64,000 nt of DNA from an uncultured Methylomirabilota bacterium (lineage in GTDB: Bacteria > Methylomirabilota > Methylomirabilia > Methylomirabilales > 2-02-FULL-66-22). This document shows positions 18,439 to 27,305 of the stretch, piece by piece. Location of the stretch: positions 1,248,001 through 1,312,000 of the forward strand of contig CAWJSJ010000002.1 of assembly GCA_963845565.1 (NCBI GenBank), read 5' to 3'. The translations under genes were made by a program, and so were the position numbers. Position 1 is the stretch's first letter; each line of letters opens with the position of its first letter. The notes beneath the pieces are model-generated. The model ran no database searches. It worked only from the letters and a program-made list of their open reading frames with translations, and was not told the origin of the DNA.

Positions 18439-19581
18439 TCAATGGACTGCACCCAGCGCGGCGCAGAGCGCGTCCACGGCCGCCTCGGTGGTGATGTCGG
18501 TCACGATGATGACGCCGGCTTCCTTCAGCGTGGCCCAGGTCTCTTCCTGGCGATTCCCCAGGGCCTTGGCCACGACCGGGAACGTCACCTGCTGCTCCTT
18601 GAGGACCCGGACGATGCCCTTGGCGCCCTCGTGGATGGGATTGATCCCGCCGTAGAGGTTGATGAGGAGGCCGCGCAGGCCCGGCTTCTGGAGGACCAGG
18701 GAGGTGGTCTTGTACATCAGTTCCTCGGTGATCCCGCCGCCGGTCTCGAGGAAGTTGGCCGGCTTGAGGCGCTGGCCGACCACATCCATGGTGGCCATGC
18801 CGAGGCCTGCGCCGCTGCTGATGATGGCGATGTCGCCGTCCAGGTCCACATACGAGACGCCGATCTGCTTGGCCGCCCGCTCCAGCGGGTGCTCGATCCG
18901 GGCCAGCGTGTCCTTGGGCATCTCGGGGTGGCGGAAGAGGGCCGAGTCGTCAACCTCCAGGACCGCGTCCACGGCCCAGAGGGCCTCGTCTGCCGTGACG
19001 GCCAGCGGGTTCACCTCGGCGATCAGGGCGTCGCTCTTGCGGAAGACGCGATACAGCGCCACCAGGACGTCGGCGATCTTGACCATCAGGTCGCCGCGGA
19101 AGCCCGCCTCGCGCGCCAGGGCGCGCCCCTCGTGGCCGCGCAACTCGGCGGGTGGGACCACGCTCTTCCGGAAGAGGGCCTCGGGCTGCTCCTTGGCGAC
19201 CGTCTCGACGTCAATCCCCCCGGCCGTCCCCAGGATCACGGTGACGGCCCCGGCGACGGCGTCCACGGTGACGCCGACGTAGAGCTCCCGCGCGATAGGC
19301 ACCGCCTTCGCGACCATGACGGACTCGACGGCGAGGCCGCGGACCGTTTTGGCGAGGAGAGCCGCCGCCTTCTCGCGGACCTCCTCCGGCGTGCTCGCCA
19401 GGAGTATGCCGCCGTGTTTCCCGCGGGACCCGACCAGGACCTGGGCCTTCAGGACGACCGGAAGGCCCACCTGCCCGAGCGCTGCCACCGCCTCGTCCGC
19501 GGTGCGGGCCACGGCAAATGGGGGCACCGGGACGCCCGCCTGCTGGAAGAATCTCGCCGCTTCGTGTTCATGCAGTCGCAT
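18439..19581 (-). CDS. sucC: Succinate-CoA ligase-like beta subunit
   Basis: MRLHEH, KAQVLVGSRGKHGG, EVNPL, GAGLGMATMD, PANFLETGGG. Confidence 0.88.
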   Translation of the reverse strand: MRLHEHEAARFFQQAGVPVPPFAVARTADEAVAALGQVGLPVVLKAQVLVGSRGKHGGILLASTPEEVREKAAALLAKTVRGLAVESVMVAKAVPIARELYVGVTVDAVAGAVTVILGTAGGIDVETVAKEQPEALFRKSVVPPAELRGHEGRALAREAGFRGDLMVKIADVLVALYRVFRKSDALIAEVNPLAVTADEALWAVDAVLEVDDSALFRHPEMPKDTLARIEHPLERAAKQIGVSYVDLDGDIAIISSGAGLGMATMDVVGQRLKPANFLETGGGITEELMYKTTSLVLQKPGLRGLLINLYGGINPIHEGAKGIVRVLKEQQVTFPVVAKALGNRQEETWATLKEAGVIIVTDITTEAAVDALCAALGAVH

Positions 19582-20140
19582 GGTTTGCCGGCTCCTCTAT
19601 CTGCGTCTGCGCCGCGAGCTCGAGGCCCTTGCGGAACGCCTTGAGATTGAGGTCAATCGTCTTGGGGGGGACGTTCGCCCGGATGGCCGCCTCCATCCCC
19701 TCGACGCTCACGACCCCCGTCTTGGCCGTGAAGACCCCCATCATGATGATGTTGGCCACGATCGTCCGGCCCAGCTCCTGAGTGGCCAGGTTGGAGACCG
19801 GGAGCCCGACGCGCCGCACGTCGTCGCGGCCGACGGTCTTCACCAAGTCGCTGTCGATGAAAAGGAGGGCGCCCGGCCGCATGTCCGCCCCGTATTTCTT
19901 CATGGCTTCCTCCGACATCGCCACCATGATGTCGGGGTGGGTGACGCGCGGGTAACCGATGGGCTCGTCCGAGATAACGACCTCGGAGCGGGCGCCGCCG
20001 CCCCGGGCGGCCGCGCCGTACGACTGGGTCTGGACCGCCCGGCGCCCATCGGAGACAGCCGCGGCCGTTCCGATCAGCACACCGGACAGGACCACGCCCT
20101 GACCGCCGAATCCCGCAATCCGAATCTCCGTCCGTTTCAC
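19568..20140 (-). CDS. korC: 2-oxoacid:ferredoxin oxidoreductase gamma subunit
   Basis: IRIAGFGGQG, QTQSYG..ARGG. Confidence 0.88.
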   Translation of the reverse strand: MKRTEIRIAGFGGQGVVLSGVLIGTAAAVSDGRRAVQTQSYGAAARGGGARSEVVISDEPIGYPRVTHPDIMVAMSEEAMKKYGADMRPGALLFIDSDLVKTVGRDDVRRVGLPVSNLATQELGRTIVANIIMMGVFTAKTGVVSVEGMEAAIRANVPPKTIDLNLKAFRKGLELAAQTQIEEPANHATA

Positions 20141-20161
20141 GTCGCTCCTCCGATTTCACTT

Positions 20162-20258
20162 AACCACAGATTTCACAGATTACACAGATAATGGGGACGG
20201 ATATGAAACGGCCGGCTCCAATCCTCAAGAATCTGTGAAATCTGCGTAATCTGTGGTT
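20162..20258. repeat. Inverted repeat with 9-nt periodic arms
   Basis: AACCACAGATTTCACAGATTACACAGAT ... ATCTGTGAAATCTGCGTAATCTGTGGTT (25/28 complementary). Confidence 0.85.
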
Positions 20259-20284
20259 CCGGTTTCCCTCGGCGTCTTTGCGGT

Positions 20285-21124
20285 CTACTTCGCGCTGGCC
20301 ATGGCCTTGGCGCGCACCTTCGCCATGGTTTCGATGAGTTCGGGTTTGTCAGTGTCGAGGAATTCGCCGACCACGATCTTCCCCAGGAGCTCCTCCGCCG
20401 ATAGGGTCTTGGCCTTGGCGATGGCCACCGAATTCTGCTTGTAGTGTTCCATCATCTGCACCGAGTTCCCCATGCCCGTCTTGCGGCCGAACTCCACCGG
20501 GCACTGGGAGACCACCTCGACGAAGGCGAAGCCCTTCTTCTGGATCGCCTTCTTCATCGTTTTGACGATCTGACGCGGCTGGTAGGTCGTCCAGCGTGCG
20601 ATGAAGGAGGCGCCGGCCCCTTCCACCAGCCTGCAGATGTCGAAGGGATTCTCGGCGTTGCCGAACGGGGTGGTGACGGTCGAGAGGCCAAGGGGGGTGG
20701 TGGGTGCCACCTGGCCGCCGGTCATTCCGTAGATCCCGTTGTTCACGCAGACGACGGTCATGGCGATGTTCCGGCGCGCGGCGTGGATCAGGTGGTTCCC
20801 GCCGATGGCCGTCAGATCCCCGTCGCCGCTCACCACCATGACGTGCTTGCCGGGCATAGCCGCCTTGATCCCGGTGGCGAAGGCGATGGGCCGGCCGTGG
20901 GTCGTGTGGAGGACGTCGGCGAAGAAGCTCGGGCTGGGAATCCACGCCGAACAGCCGATCCCCGAGACGAACACGAAGTCGTCCAGGGAGAGTCCCAGCT
21001 CGTCGATCGCCTGGAGGATCCCCTGGGCCAGAATCCCGTTGCCGCACCCTGGGCAGTTGGCCGTGCTCTTGGCCGACGGCCGGATGTACTTCGCCAGGGG
21101 GTGGTCGAATGTCGCGAGGCTCAT
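20285..21124 (-). CDS. korB: 2-oxoacid:ferredoxin oxidoreductase beta subunit (TPP-binding)
   Basis: CPGCG, SGIGCS, HTTHGR, GDGD, NNGIYGMTGGQ. Confidence 0.92.
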   Translation of the reverse strand: MSLATFDHPLAKYIRPSAKSTANCPGCGNGILAQGILQAIDELGLSLDDFVFVSGIGCSAWIPSPSFFADVLHTTHGRPIAFATGIKAAMPGKHVMVVSGDGDLTAIGGNHLIHAARRNIAMTVVCVNNGIYGMTGGQVAPTTPLGLSTVTTPFGNAENPFDICRLVEGAGASFIARWTTYQPRQIVKTMKKAIQKKGFAFVEVVSQCPVEFGRKTGMGNSVQMMEHYKQNSVAIAKAKTLSAEELLGKIVVGEFLDTDKPELIETMAKVRAKAMASAK

Positions 21125-22275
21125 GCGCGCACCTCTTTCACCGCCGCGAGGACGTCCGCGATCTCGTGCATCTCACCGAGGACGCGGGGCGGAAGGAAGC
21201 TGACGGGGGCCAGGCCTGCCGCCGCGGCCTGCACATAGTGGAACAGCTGGCCGAGGTTGTTCTCCAGGACGATCAGCCGCTTCGCCCGCTCCGCCACGGC
21301 CCGAATCTCCTTGTCCGCGAACGGCCAGAGGGTCCCCAGCTTCAGCCAGCCCAGGTTGAGCCCCTGGGCTCGGCCCGCCTCCACGACCGCCTGGGCGCAG
21401 CGGAAGATGGAGCCGTAACTCACCAGGATCGTCTCGGCCCCGTCCACATCCTGCGTGACCCGGACGATCTCGTCCCGGTGGGATTCGATCTTGTTGTGGA
21501 GCTTCTTGATGAACACATCCAGGGCGGAAGCGTCAACCACGTTTCGCCGGCCGTAGGCGTCGTGGCAGGAGCAGGTCACGTGGGCCTTGTGGCCGAGGCC
21601 GAAGACGGGCATAGGGGCCACGTCCTCGTCCAGGAAGCCCGGAAGGCTTTCCGTGTCCACACCCTTCGGGAAGAGCCGCCGATCGGCGATGGGGATGGCG
21701 GCCGGTTCGGGAATGAGCAACTCCTCCCGCATGTGGCCCAGGAAGGCATCGGTCAGGACGAAGACCGGGGTCCGGAAGCGCTCCGCCAGGTTGAAGGCCT
21801 CCACGGTGTAGTCGAAGCACTCCTGCACCGATGAAGGGGCGAGGGCGATGATCTGGTAGTCCCCGTGGGAGCCGCGCCGGACCTGGATCACGTCGCCCTG
21901 CAGTTCCACGGTGGGGATGCCGGTGGTCGGGCCGCCCCGCATCACGTTGACGATGACGCACGGCGTCTCGGTGCCGACGGCGAACCCGATGTTCTCCAGC
22001 ATCAGGCTGACGCCGGGGCCCGAGGTGGCGGTCAGCGTCTTCATCCCACCCCAGGAGGCCCCGATGATGGCGGCCATGGAGGCGATCTCGTCCTCCATCT
22101 GCAGGAAGGTGCCGCCAACGGCCGGCAGCCGTTCGGCCAGCCGCTCGGCCACCTCGGTGGCCGGGGTGATCGGGTAGCCGGCGGCGAAGCGGCAGCCGGC
22201 GGCGAGCGCCCCTTCGGCGCAGGCGAAATTGCCCATCATGAAGTGTCGCCCGGTCAGAACTGCGGAATTCGCCAT
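21121..22275 (-). CDS. korA: 2-oxoacid:ferredoxin oxidoreductase alpha subunit
   Basis: AGYPITPATE, QMEDE, TATSGPG, MRGGP. Confidence 0.92.
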   Translation of the reverse strand: MANSAVLTGRHFMMGNFACAEGALAAGCRFAAGYPITPATEVAERLAERLPAVGGTFLQMEDEIASMAAIIGASWGGMKTLTATSGPGVSLMLENIGFAVGTETPCVIVNVMRGGPTTGIPTVELQGDVIQVRRGSHGDYQIIALAPSSVQECFDYTVEAFNLAERFRTPVFVLTDAFLGHMREELLIPEPAAIPIADRRLFPKGVDTESLPGFLDEDVAPMPVFGLGHKAHVTCSCHDAYGRRNVVDASALDVFIKKLHNKIESHRDEIVRVTQDVDGAETILVSYGSIFRCAQAVVEAGRAQGLNLGWLKLGTLWPFADKEIRAVAERAKRLIVLENNLGQLFHYVQAAAAGLAPVSFLPPRVLGEMHEIADVLAAVKEVRA

Positions 22276-22303
22276 CAAGACCTCCGCGCCAAGAGCCAAT
22301 GGA

Positions 22304-22370
22304 AAACCGACAACCGACAACCGACAACCGGCCAATGCAAATCCGATGGCCCATTGTCGGTTGTCGGTTT
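22304..22370. repeat. Inverted repeat with 7-nt periodic arms (ACAACCG)n
   Basis: AAACCGACAACCGACAA / TTGTCGGTTGTCGGTTT, 17/17 complementary. Confidence 0.85.
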
Positions 22371-22378
22371 GAGGATAT

Positions 22379-22648
22379 TCATTCCGCCGCCTGCGCCGCC
22401 GCCGCTGCCTCCGGCACCTCCTCCAGACGAACGACAATCGCCATGTCCGGGCAGTAGATCATGCAGTTGCCGCAATTGGTGCAGGCCGTGATCTTGTCGA
22501 TCTGCGGCGGACGGATTCCGCGAGAGGTCAGCCGCTCGGCGACCTTGAAGACGTCCTTGGGGCACAGGGCCAGGCAGATGCCGCAACCGTCGGCGCCCTT
22601 GCACAGCGTATCGTTGATCGAGATGATCACCGGCTTCTCTTTTGCCAT
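22379..22648 (-). CDS. korD: 2x[4Fe-4S] ferredoxin, oxidoreductase delta subunit
   Basis: CKGADGCGICLALCP and CTNCGNCMIYCP. Confidence 0.88.
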   Translation of the reverse strand: MAKEKPVIISINDTLCKGADGCGICLALCPKDVFKVAERLTSRGIRPPQIDKITACTNCGNCMIYCPDMAIVVRLEEVPEAAAAAQAAE

Positions 22649-22732
22649 CGCGTCCTTTTCTCCCGTGTATCTCGCCGCCGACCCTCAACCGTCCACCGCG
22701 CTGCGGCGGCCTCGATCGGCGATCGGCGATCG

Positions 22733-23965
22733 CTAGAACGGTCGAATCCGTCCCGCTGCGTCGAACTCCACCTCCCGCGCCTCGCCTAAGATCGTCAATC
22801 CGATCTTGCGGGCGTCGGGAAGCAAGGCTTCAGAAATCTCCAACTCCTCCAGGTGCAGGGTGTTCTTGATCCGGACAACGCGAAGCTGGTCGGCCGGGGT
22901 ATCGCCGACCGCCAACTCGATCGCCTCCCTGTCGGTGTCCATGATCAGCGGCAGCCGCCCCCCGGCCCACAGGCGCGTCGTGATGACGTTGGTATAGGTG
23001 GATTTATAATCGATAGAATCCACCAGGCGGCGGGTGGTAAGGTCCGCCAGGCCAATGCCGGTGGCATTGCCGTGGGCCTCCAGTGTGAGGCCCAGCACGA
23101 CCACGGTCGCGACCGCCGGCGTCCCCATCGTCATCTTGCCGCCCATGCGCCCACCGATCCCGATGACGTTGGTGTCCATCCCGGTTCCGCTGATATTCTT
23201 TCCCATCTCGTCCACGATGAGCGCGTCCAGAGGATCGAAGGGCACCCGCGGGAAGACCTGCCAGGCCCGCTTCAGGAGGGCGGTGTCGGTGGCTTCGAAT
23301 TGTTCCGGGGGCACCACATGGATCTCCATGGTCTCGTCGCGCGAGTTCTCCAGGACGGCCACGCCGGCGAGGACCGGGGCCTTGTCCAGGATGACCCGGG
23401 CAGTCTCGACCAGGATCGGCGCCACCCCAATCCGGTGGATCTGCTGGGCCCCCTTGTGTTTCCCGAGACCGACGGCGAGGATCTTGCACAGGCCGCTTTC
23501 CACGTCGCCGCGGAAGATGGTGTGGAGCTTGACCCGGTTAATCGCGATGATACCGTCCGCGTGCAGGGCATTCTTGTCCAGATAGACCGGAACGCCGGCG
23601 GGGGTGTGGCCGATCTCCTCGACGGCGACCGACGAGAGGACCGGACAGCCCATGGTGGCCTCGGAAATACCGAGATCGGCCAGCAGGCTCTTCTGGCCGT
23701 CATCCGTCGCCCCACCGTGGCTCCCCATGGCCGGAACGATGAAGGGCCGGCCACCCAGGGCCTTCACCGTGTCCACTGCGGCGCGGGTCATCTTGACCAG
23801 ATTCTGAATGCCGCGGCTTCCCGCCGTGATGGCGATACGGGCGCCCGGCCGGATCTTCTTCTCGATGCCCATGCGCCTGAGGCCGGTGGCCACAACCTCC
23901 GCGGCGTCCTCGAGCCTGGTCTTGTCGAAGACTTGCTGCACCCGAATCAATTTGGGTAGAGACAT
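22733..23965 (-). CDS. Lactate racemase (LarA) N-terminal domain / DUF362-like protein
   Basis: IAITAGSRGI, PAMGSHGG, NRVKLHT, ESGLCK...GLGK, GKNISGTGMDTN. Confidence 0.8.
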   Translation of the reverse strand: MSLPKLIRVQQVFDKTRLEDAAEVVATGLRRMGIEKKIRPGARIAITAGSRGIQNLVKMTRAAVDTVKALGGRPFIVPAMGSHGGATDDGQKSLLADLGISEATMGCPVLSSVAVEEIGHTPAGVPVYLDKNALHADGIIAINRVKLHTIFRGDVESGLCKILAVGLGKHKGAQQIHRIGVAPILVETARVILDKAPVLAGVAVLENSRDETMEIHVVPPEQFEATDTALLKRAWQVFPRVPFDPLDALIVDEMGKNISGTGMDTNVIGIGGRMGGKMTMGTPAVATVVVLGLTLEAHGNATGIGLADLTTRRLVDSIDYKSTYTNVITTRLWAGGRLPLIMDTDREAIELAVGDTPADQLRVVRIKNTLHLEELEISEALLPDARKIGLTILGEAREVEFDAAGRIRPF

Positions 23966-24315
23966 TCGTGCGCTCCTCTCTGCGAAACCTCCCGACCTGT
24001 GCACGATACGGCAGATTGCGGAAAAACGGCAGACCGAACTGCATCCTTGGCTACATTATCGGACAATCGGTATGTGACAGGCGGGCTCATCGATGCGCCC
24101 TTGGGTTTCGCAGCACCCGCAGATGTCTCCGGGCGTTCTCGTTCCACGGCATCTTGGCAATCCGCGGTTTCCGGACGACCGCGACCCCCGGCAGACGTTC
24201 GGTCGAACAGTCAAATGGCGATTCGGGCTAGCCCGGTCCGGCGCCATGATGGATAGTTTAGCCGACGAGCGGCGTCGTCGCGCCGTCCGACGGGACGATC
24301 AGGAAAGGGGACATC

Positions 24316-24951
24316 ATGGATCTCGAGGCACTCAAGGAAGCGGTGATCGCGGGAGATGTGAAGGGGTGTAATCTGCTGACGGAAGTGGCGATCCAGGCCG
24401 GCCACTCGCCGCAAAAGATTCTGACCGAGGCCCTGGTGCCGGCTATGCAGATCGTCGGCGACAAGTTCCGCTGCAACGAGGTGTATGTGCCCGAAGTTCT
24501 GGTAGCGGCCCGGGCGATGAAGAAGTCGCTGGCCATGCTGAAGCCGCTCCTCACGCAGACCGGGGTCAAGCCTGTGGGGACCGCCGTGATCGGCACGGTG
24601 AAAGGGGACCTCCACGACATCGGGAAGAACCTGGTGGGCATGATGCTGGAAGGTGCGGGATTCGAGGTGGTGGACCTGGGGTCCGATGTGGCGCCTGAGA
24701 AGTTCGTCCAAGCGGTGAAGGATACCGGGGCGCAGATCGTCGGCGTCTCCACCTTGCTCACGACCACCATGCTGGGGATGAAGGACGTCCTGCGCGCCTT
24801 GGAGCAGGCCGATCTCCGGAAGAAGGTGAAGGTCATGGTGGGCGGAGCGCCCGTGACCCAGGCCTTCGCCGACGAGGTCGGCGCCGACGCCTACGGCGAG
24901 AGCGCGGCGACGGCGGTGGACAGGGCCAAGGAACTTCTGGGGATCGGATAA
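24316..24951 (+). CDS. Corrinoid (cobalamin-binding) protein of a methyltransferase system
   Basis: GDLHDIGKNLV, STLLTTT, VMVGGAP. Confidence 0.93.
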   Translation: MDLEALKEAVIAGDVKGCNLLTEVAIQAGHSPQKILTEALVPAMQIVGDKFRCNEVYVPEVLVAARAMKKSLAMLKPLLTQTGVKPVGTAVIGTVKGDLHDIGKNLVGMMLEGAGFEVVDLGSDVAPEKFVQAVKDTGAQIVGVSTLLTTTMLGMKDVLRALEQADLRKKVKVMVGGAPVTQAFADEVGADAYGESAATAVDRAKELLGIG

Positions 24952-25059
24952 GAGCGACGGACCGTTCGGCCGTTCGGCAGTTCGTTGGTTCGGCTGCTCC
25001 GAGAACCGCCGCACCGCCGCACCGCAGAACCTTCGAACGCCCTTCTGTCGGAGGACGCC

Positions 25060-26193
25060 ATGACCCATCGAGAGCGGGTCCTGACGGCATTGAGGCGCCA
25101 GCCGCCTGACCGGGTTCCGGTAGACCTCGGCGGGACGCTGGCCAGCACGATCAACGTGCATACCTACCGTCGGCTGATGGCCCGCCTGGGATTCGGCGAG
25201 GAGCCGGCCGTCGCCTTTGTCTCCCGCCGTTCCAGCAGTGTGCTGCCGGACGAGCGGCTGCTCCGGCATCTCGACGTGGACTGCCGCGCCGTGATCCTGG
25301 GTAGCCCCGACGTCAACCCGGAGCGGGAACTCCCGGACGGATCGCTGTCCGACGAGTGGCAGACCCTCTGGAAACACGTTGGGGAGGGCCAGCACTTCAT
25401 CAATGTGCGTGGGCCGTTCGTGGGCAAGGAGCCGGACCCTGCGCTGGTCGAGGCATTCCCCTGGCCGAACCCGCGCGATCCCGGCCGTTTCCGCGCCCTC
25501 CGTAGCCAGGCCCAGACGCTGCGGGCGGCGTCGGACGCGGCCCTCATTCTGGTGCTCGGCGTCGGAGCCGTCCACCAGATCCAGTTCATGCGGGGCTACG
25601 CGGCCGCACTGGAAGATCTCCTCGCCGCCCCAGATTTCGTCCAAGCCTTCCTGGAGCGATATGCGGACTTCTGGACCTGCATGACCGAACGCGCCCTGGA
25701 GACGGTCGGCGACCTGGTGGATCTGACCATGTTCGGGGACGACCTGGGGACGCAGCAGGGGCCGGTGATGAGCCCGGCGCTCTATCGGCGGCTGATCAAA
25801 CCCACGCATGCCCGCATGGTGCACGCGATCAAGAAGTTCGGCAAGCCGGTGCTGCTGCATAGCTGCGGGTCGGTGGCGGCGTTCATCCCGGATTTGGTCG
25901 AGATCGGCATCGACGCCTTGCATCCCGTCCAGGTCACGGCCCGAGACATGGACACGGCCCGCCTGAAGAAGGAGTTCGGCCGGGACATCACGTTTTGGGG
26001 CGGCATCGACACGCATCGTGTCCTGCCGCGCGGCACCACGGCGGAGGTGCGAGAAGAGGTCCGGAAGCGCATTGCGGATCTGGCGCCGGGCGGCGGCTAT
26101 GTCCTGGGGGCGGTCCACAACATCCAGGCCGAGGTGCCGGTGGAAAACATCTTGGCGATGGTCGAGGCGGCGAAGGAGTTCGGGAGGTATTAG
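25060..26193 (+). CDS. Uroporphyrinogen decarboxylase family (MtaA/CmuA-like) protein
   Basis: MTHRERV...PDRVP, GDDLG, LHSCG, FWGGID, HNIQ. Confidence 0.88.
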   Translation: MTHRERVLTALRRQPPDRVPVDLGGTLASTINVHTYRRLMARLGFGEEPAVAFVSRRSSSVLPDERLLRHLDVDCRAVILGSPDVNPERELPDGSLSDEWQTLWKHVGEGQHFINVRGPFVGKEPDPALVEAFPWPNPRDPGRFRALRSQAQTLRAASDAALILVLGVGAVHQIQFMRGYAAALEDLLAAPDFVQAFLERYADFWTCMTERALETVGDLVDLTMFGDDLGTQQGPVMSPALYRRLIKPTHARMVHAIKKFGKPVLLHSCGSVAAFIPDLVEIGIDALHPVQVTARDMDTARLKKEFGRDITFWGGIDTHRVLPRGTTAEVREEVRKRIADLAPGGGYVLGAVHNIQAEVPVENILAMVEAAKEFGRY

Positions 26194-26252
26194 CCATCAG
26201 CAGTCAGCTATCAGCAATCAGCCATTTTCCGACGACGGGCAAGAGGCATCTC

Positions 26253-26918
26253 GTGGCCTGCGAGGTGTTTCGGGACGAGTTCGAGGCGGTGACCCCGGCC
26301 GAGATGCCGCGCACGTATCTCCCCCAGGGGCTGCACCGGACGCCGGGGAAGATGCCGGCGGCGATCCAGGAGGTGGTGGATGTCCTGCCCGCGGACATCG
26401 AAACGGTGATTCTGGGCTACGGCCTGTGCAGTAACGGGGTGGTGGGCGTGACCGCCCGTCAGGCCGCGCTCGTCATGCCGAAGGTCCATGATTGCATCGC
26501 GGTGCTCCTCGGATCGGTCAAACGCTACGAGTCCGAGATGGAGGCCTGTGCGGGCACCTATTACATCACACCGGGATGGGCGAAGTACGGGACGACGTCG
26601 TACTCCGCCTACCGGGACGAGTACCTTGCGAAGTACGGGGAGGAAGACGCCCGCTACATCGTGGAGGAATGTCTCAAGCATTACACGCGTATCGCGTTCA
26701 TCGACCACGGCGCCGGGGATGTCGAGGCGGGACGCGCTCACGCCAAGACGTTCGCCGAGACTTTCGCCAAGCGCTACGAGGAGATTCCCGGCGACCTCGA
26801 CTATCTCCGCCGCCTCGTGTCCGGCCCGTGGGATGGCGAAGAGTTCCTGGTCATCCCCCCCGGCACGGTGATCGACCAGGCGCCCTTCCTCGGGCTCCAT
26901 TCCATCAGCCTGCCCTGA
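26253..26918 (+). CDS. DUF1638 domain protein (start codon uncertain)
   Basis: ACEVF, GLH..P, LGYGLCSNG, HDCI, YYITPGW. Confidence 0.82.
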   Translation: MACEVFRDEFEAVTPAEMPRTYLPQGLHRTPGKMPAAIQEVVDVLPADIETVILGYGLCSNGVVGVTARQAALVMPKVHDCIAVLLGSVKRYESEMEACAGTYYITPGWAKYGTTSYSAYRDEYLAKYGEEDARYIVEECLKHYTRIAFIDHGAGDVEAGRAHAKTFAETFAKRYEEIPGDLDYLRRLVSGPWDGEEFLVIPPGTVIDQAPFLGLHSISLP

Positions 26919-26934
26919 GCCCCCAGGGAAACCC

Positions 26935-27183
26935 ATGGCTACCGCCGATCTGCTCCGCGGTCTCGCGCTTCTGGAATCCGGCGACTGGAACGGCGCTCAC
27001 GCCATTGCCCAGGCCGACCCCAGCGCCCTGGGCTCGTGGCTGCACGGGATCGTCCACATGATCGAGCCGGACCAGGGCAACGGCATGTACTGGTACCGCC
27101 GCGCCGGCCGCCCCTTCCCGGGGATGGGCGCCGCCGCTTCCGAGTTCGCCGCCATTCGTGCCGAATTGACCGCGCTCGGGTAG
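26935..27183 (+). CDS. Small conserved hypothetical protein
   Basis: W..AH.IAQ...WLHGIVH.IE.D..N..YWYRRAGRP. Confidence 0.75.
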   Translation: MATADLLRGLALLESGDWNGAHAIAQADPSALGSWLHGIVHMIEPDQGNGMYWYRRAGRPFPGMGAAASEFAAIRAELTALG

Positions 27184-27305
27184 GGCCGCACCTGGCGCCG
27201 CGAAACCCACGCTGCGCCCTGCGTGATCCGCGAAAGGCAAACGGCCGAGGCAGGAACACGCCTCGGCCGTTTGCGCACACGCGTTGTGTGTCCAAATTCC
27301 CCGTC

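Noticed and set aside
23966..24315. Cobalamin riboswitch upstream of the corrinoid gene
   Set aside because: No recognisable GGGAA...B12-box core. Only a weak possible GntR-type site near 24055-24068, too poor to call.
24211..26118. Long antisense or alternate-frame ORFs (also 34965-36920, 39170-41323, 43856-45841, 47974-49779, 61402-63345)
   Set aside because: Shadow ORFs of well-supported genes in high-GC DNA; no family motifs.
20162..26225. CRISPR array suggested by the short repeats
   Set aside because: Units are 7-9 nt, tandem and inverted, with no unique spacers and no cas genes.
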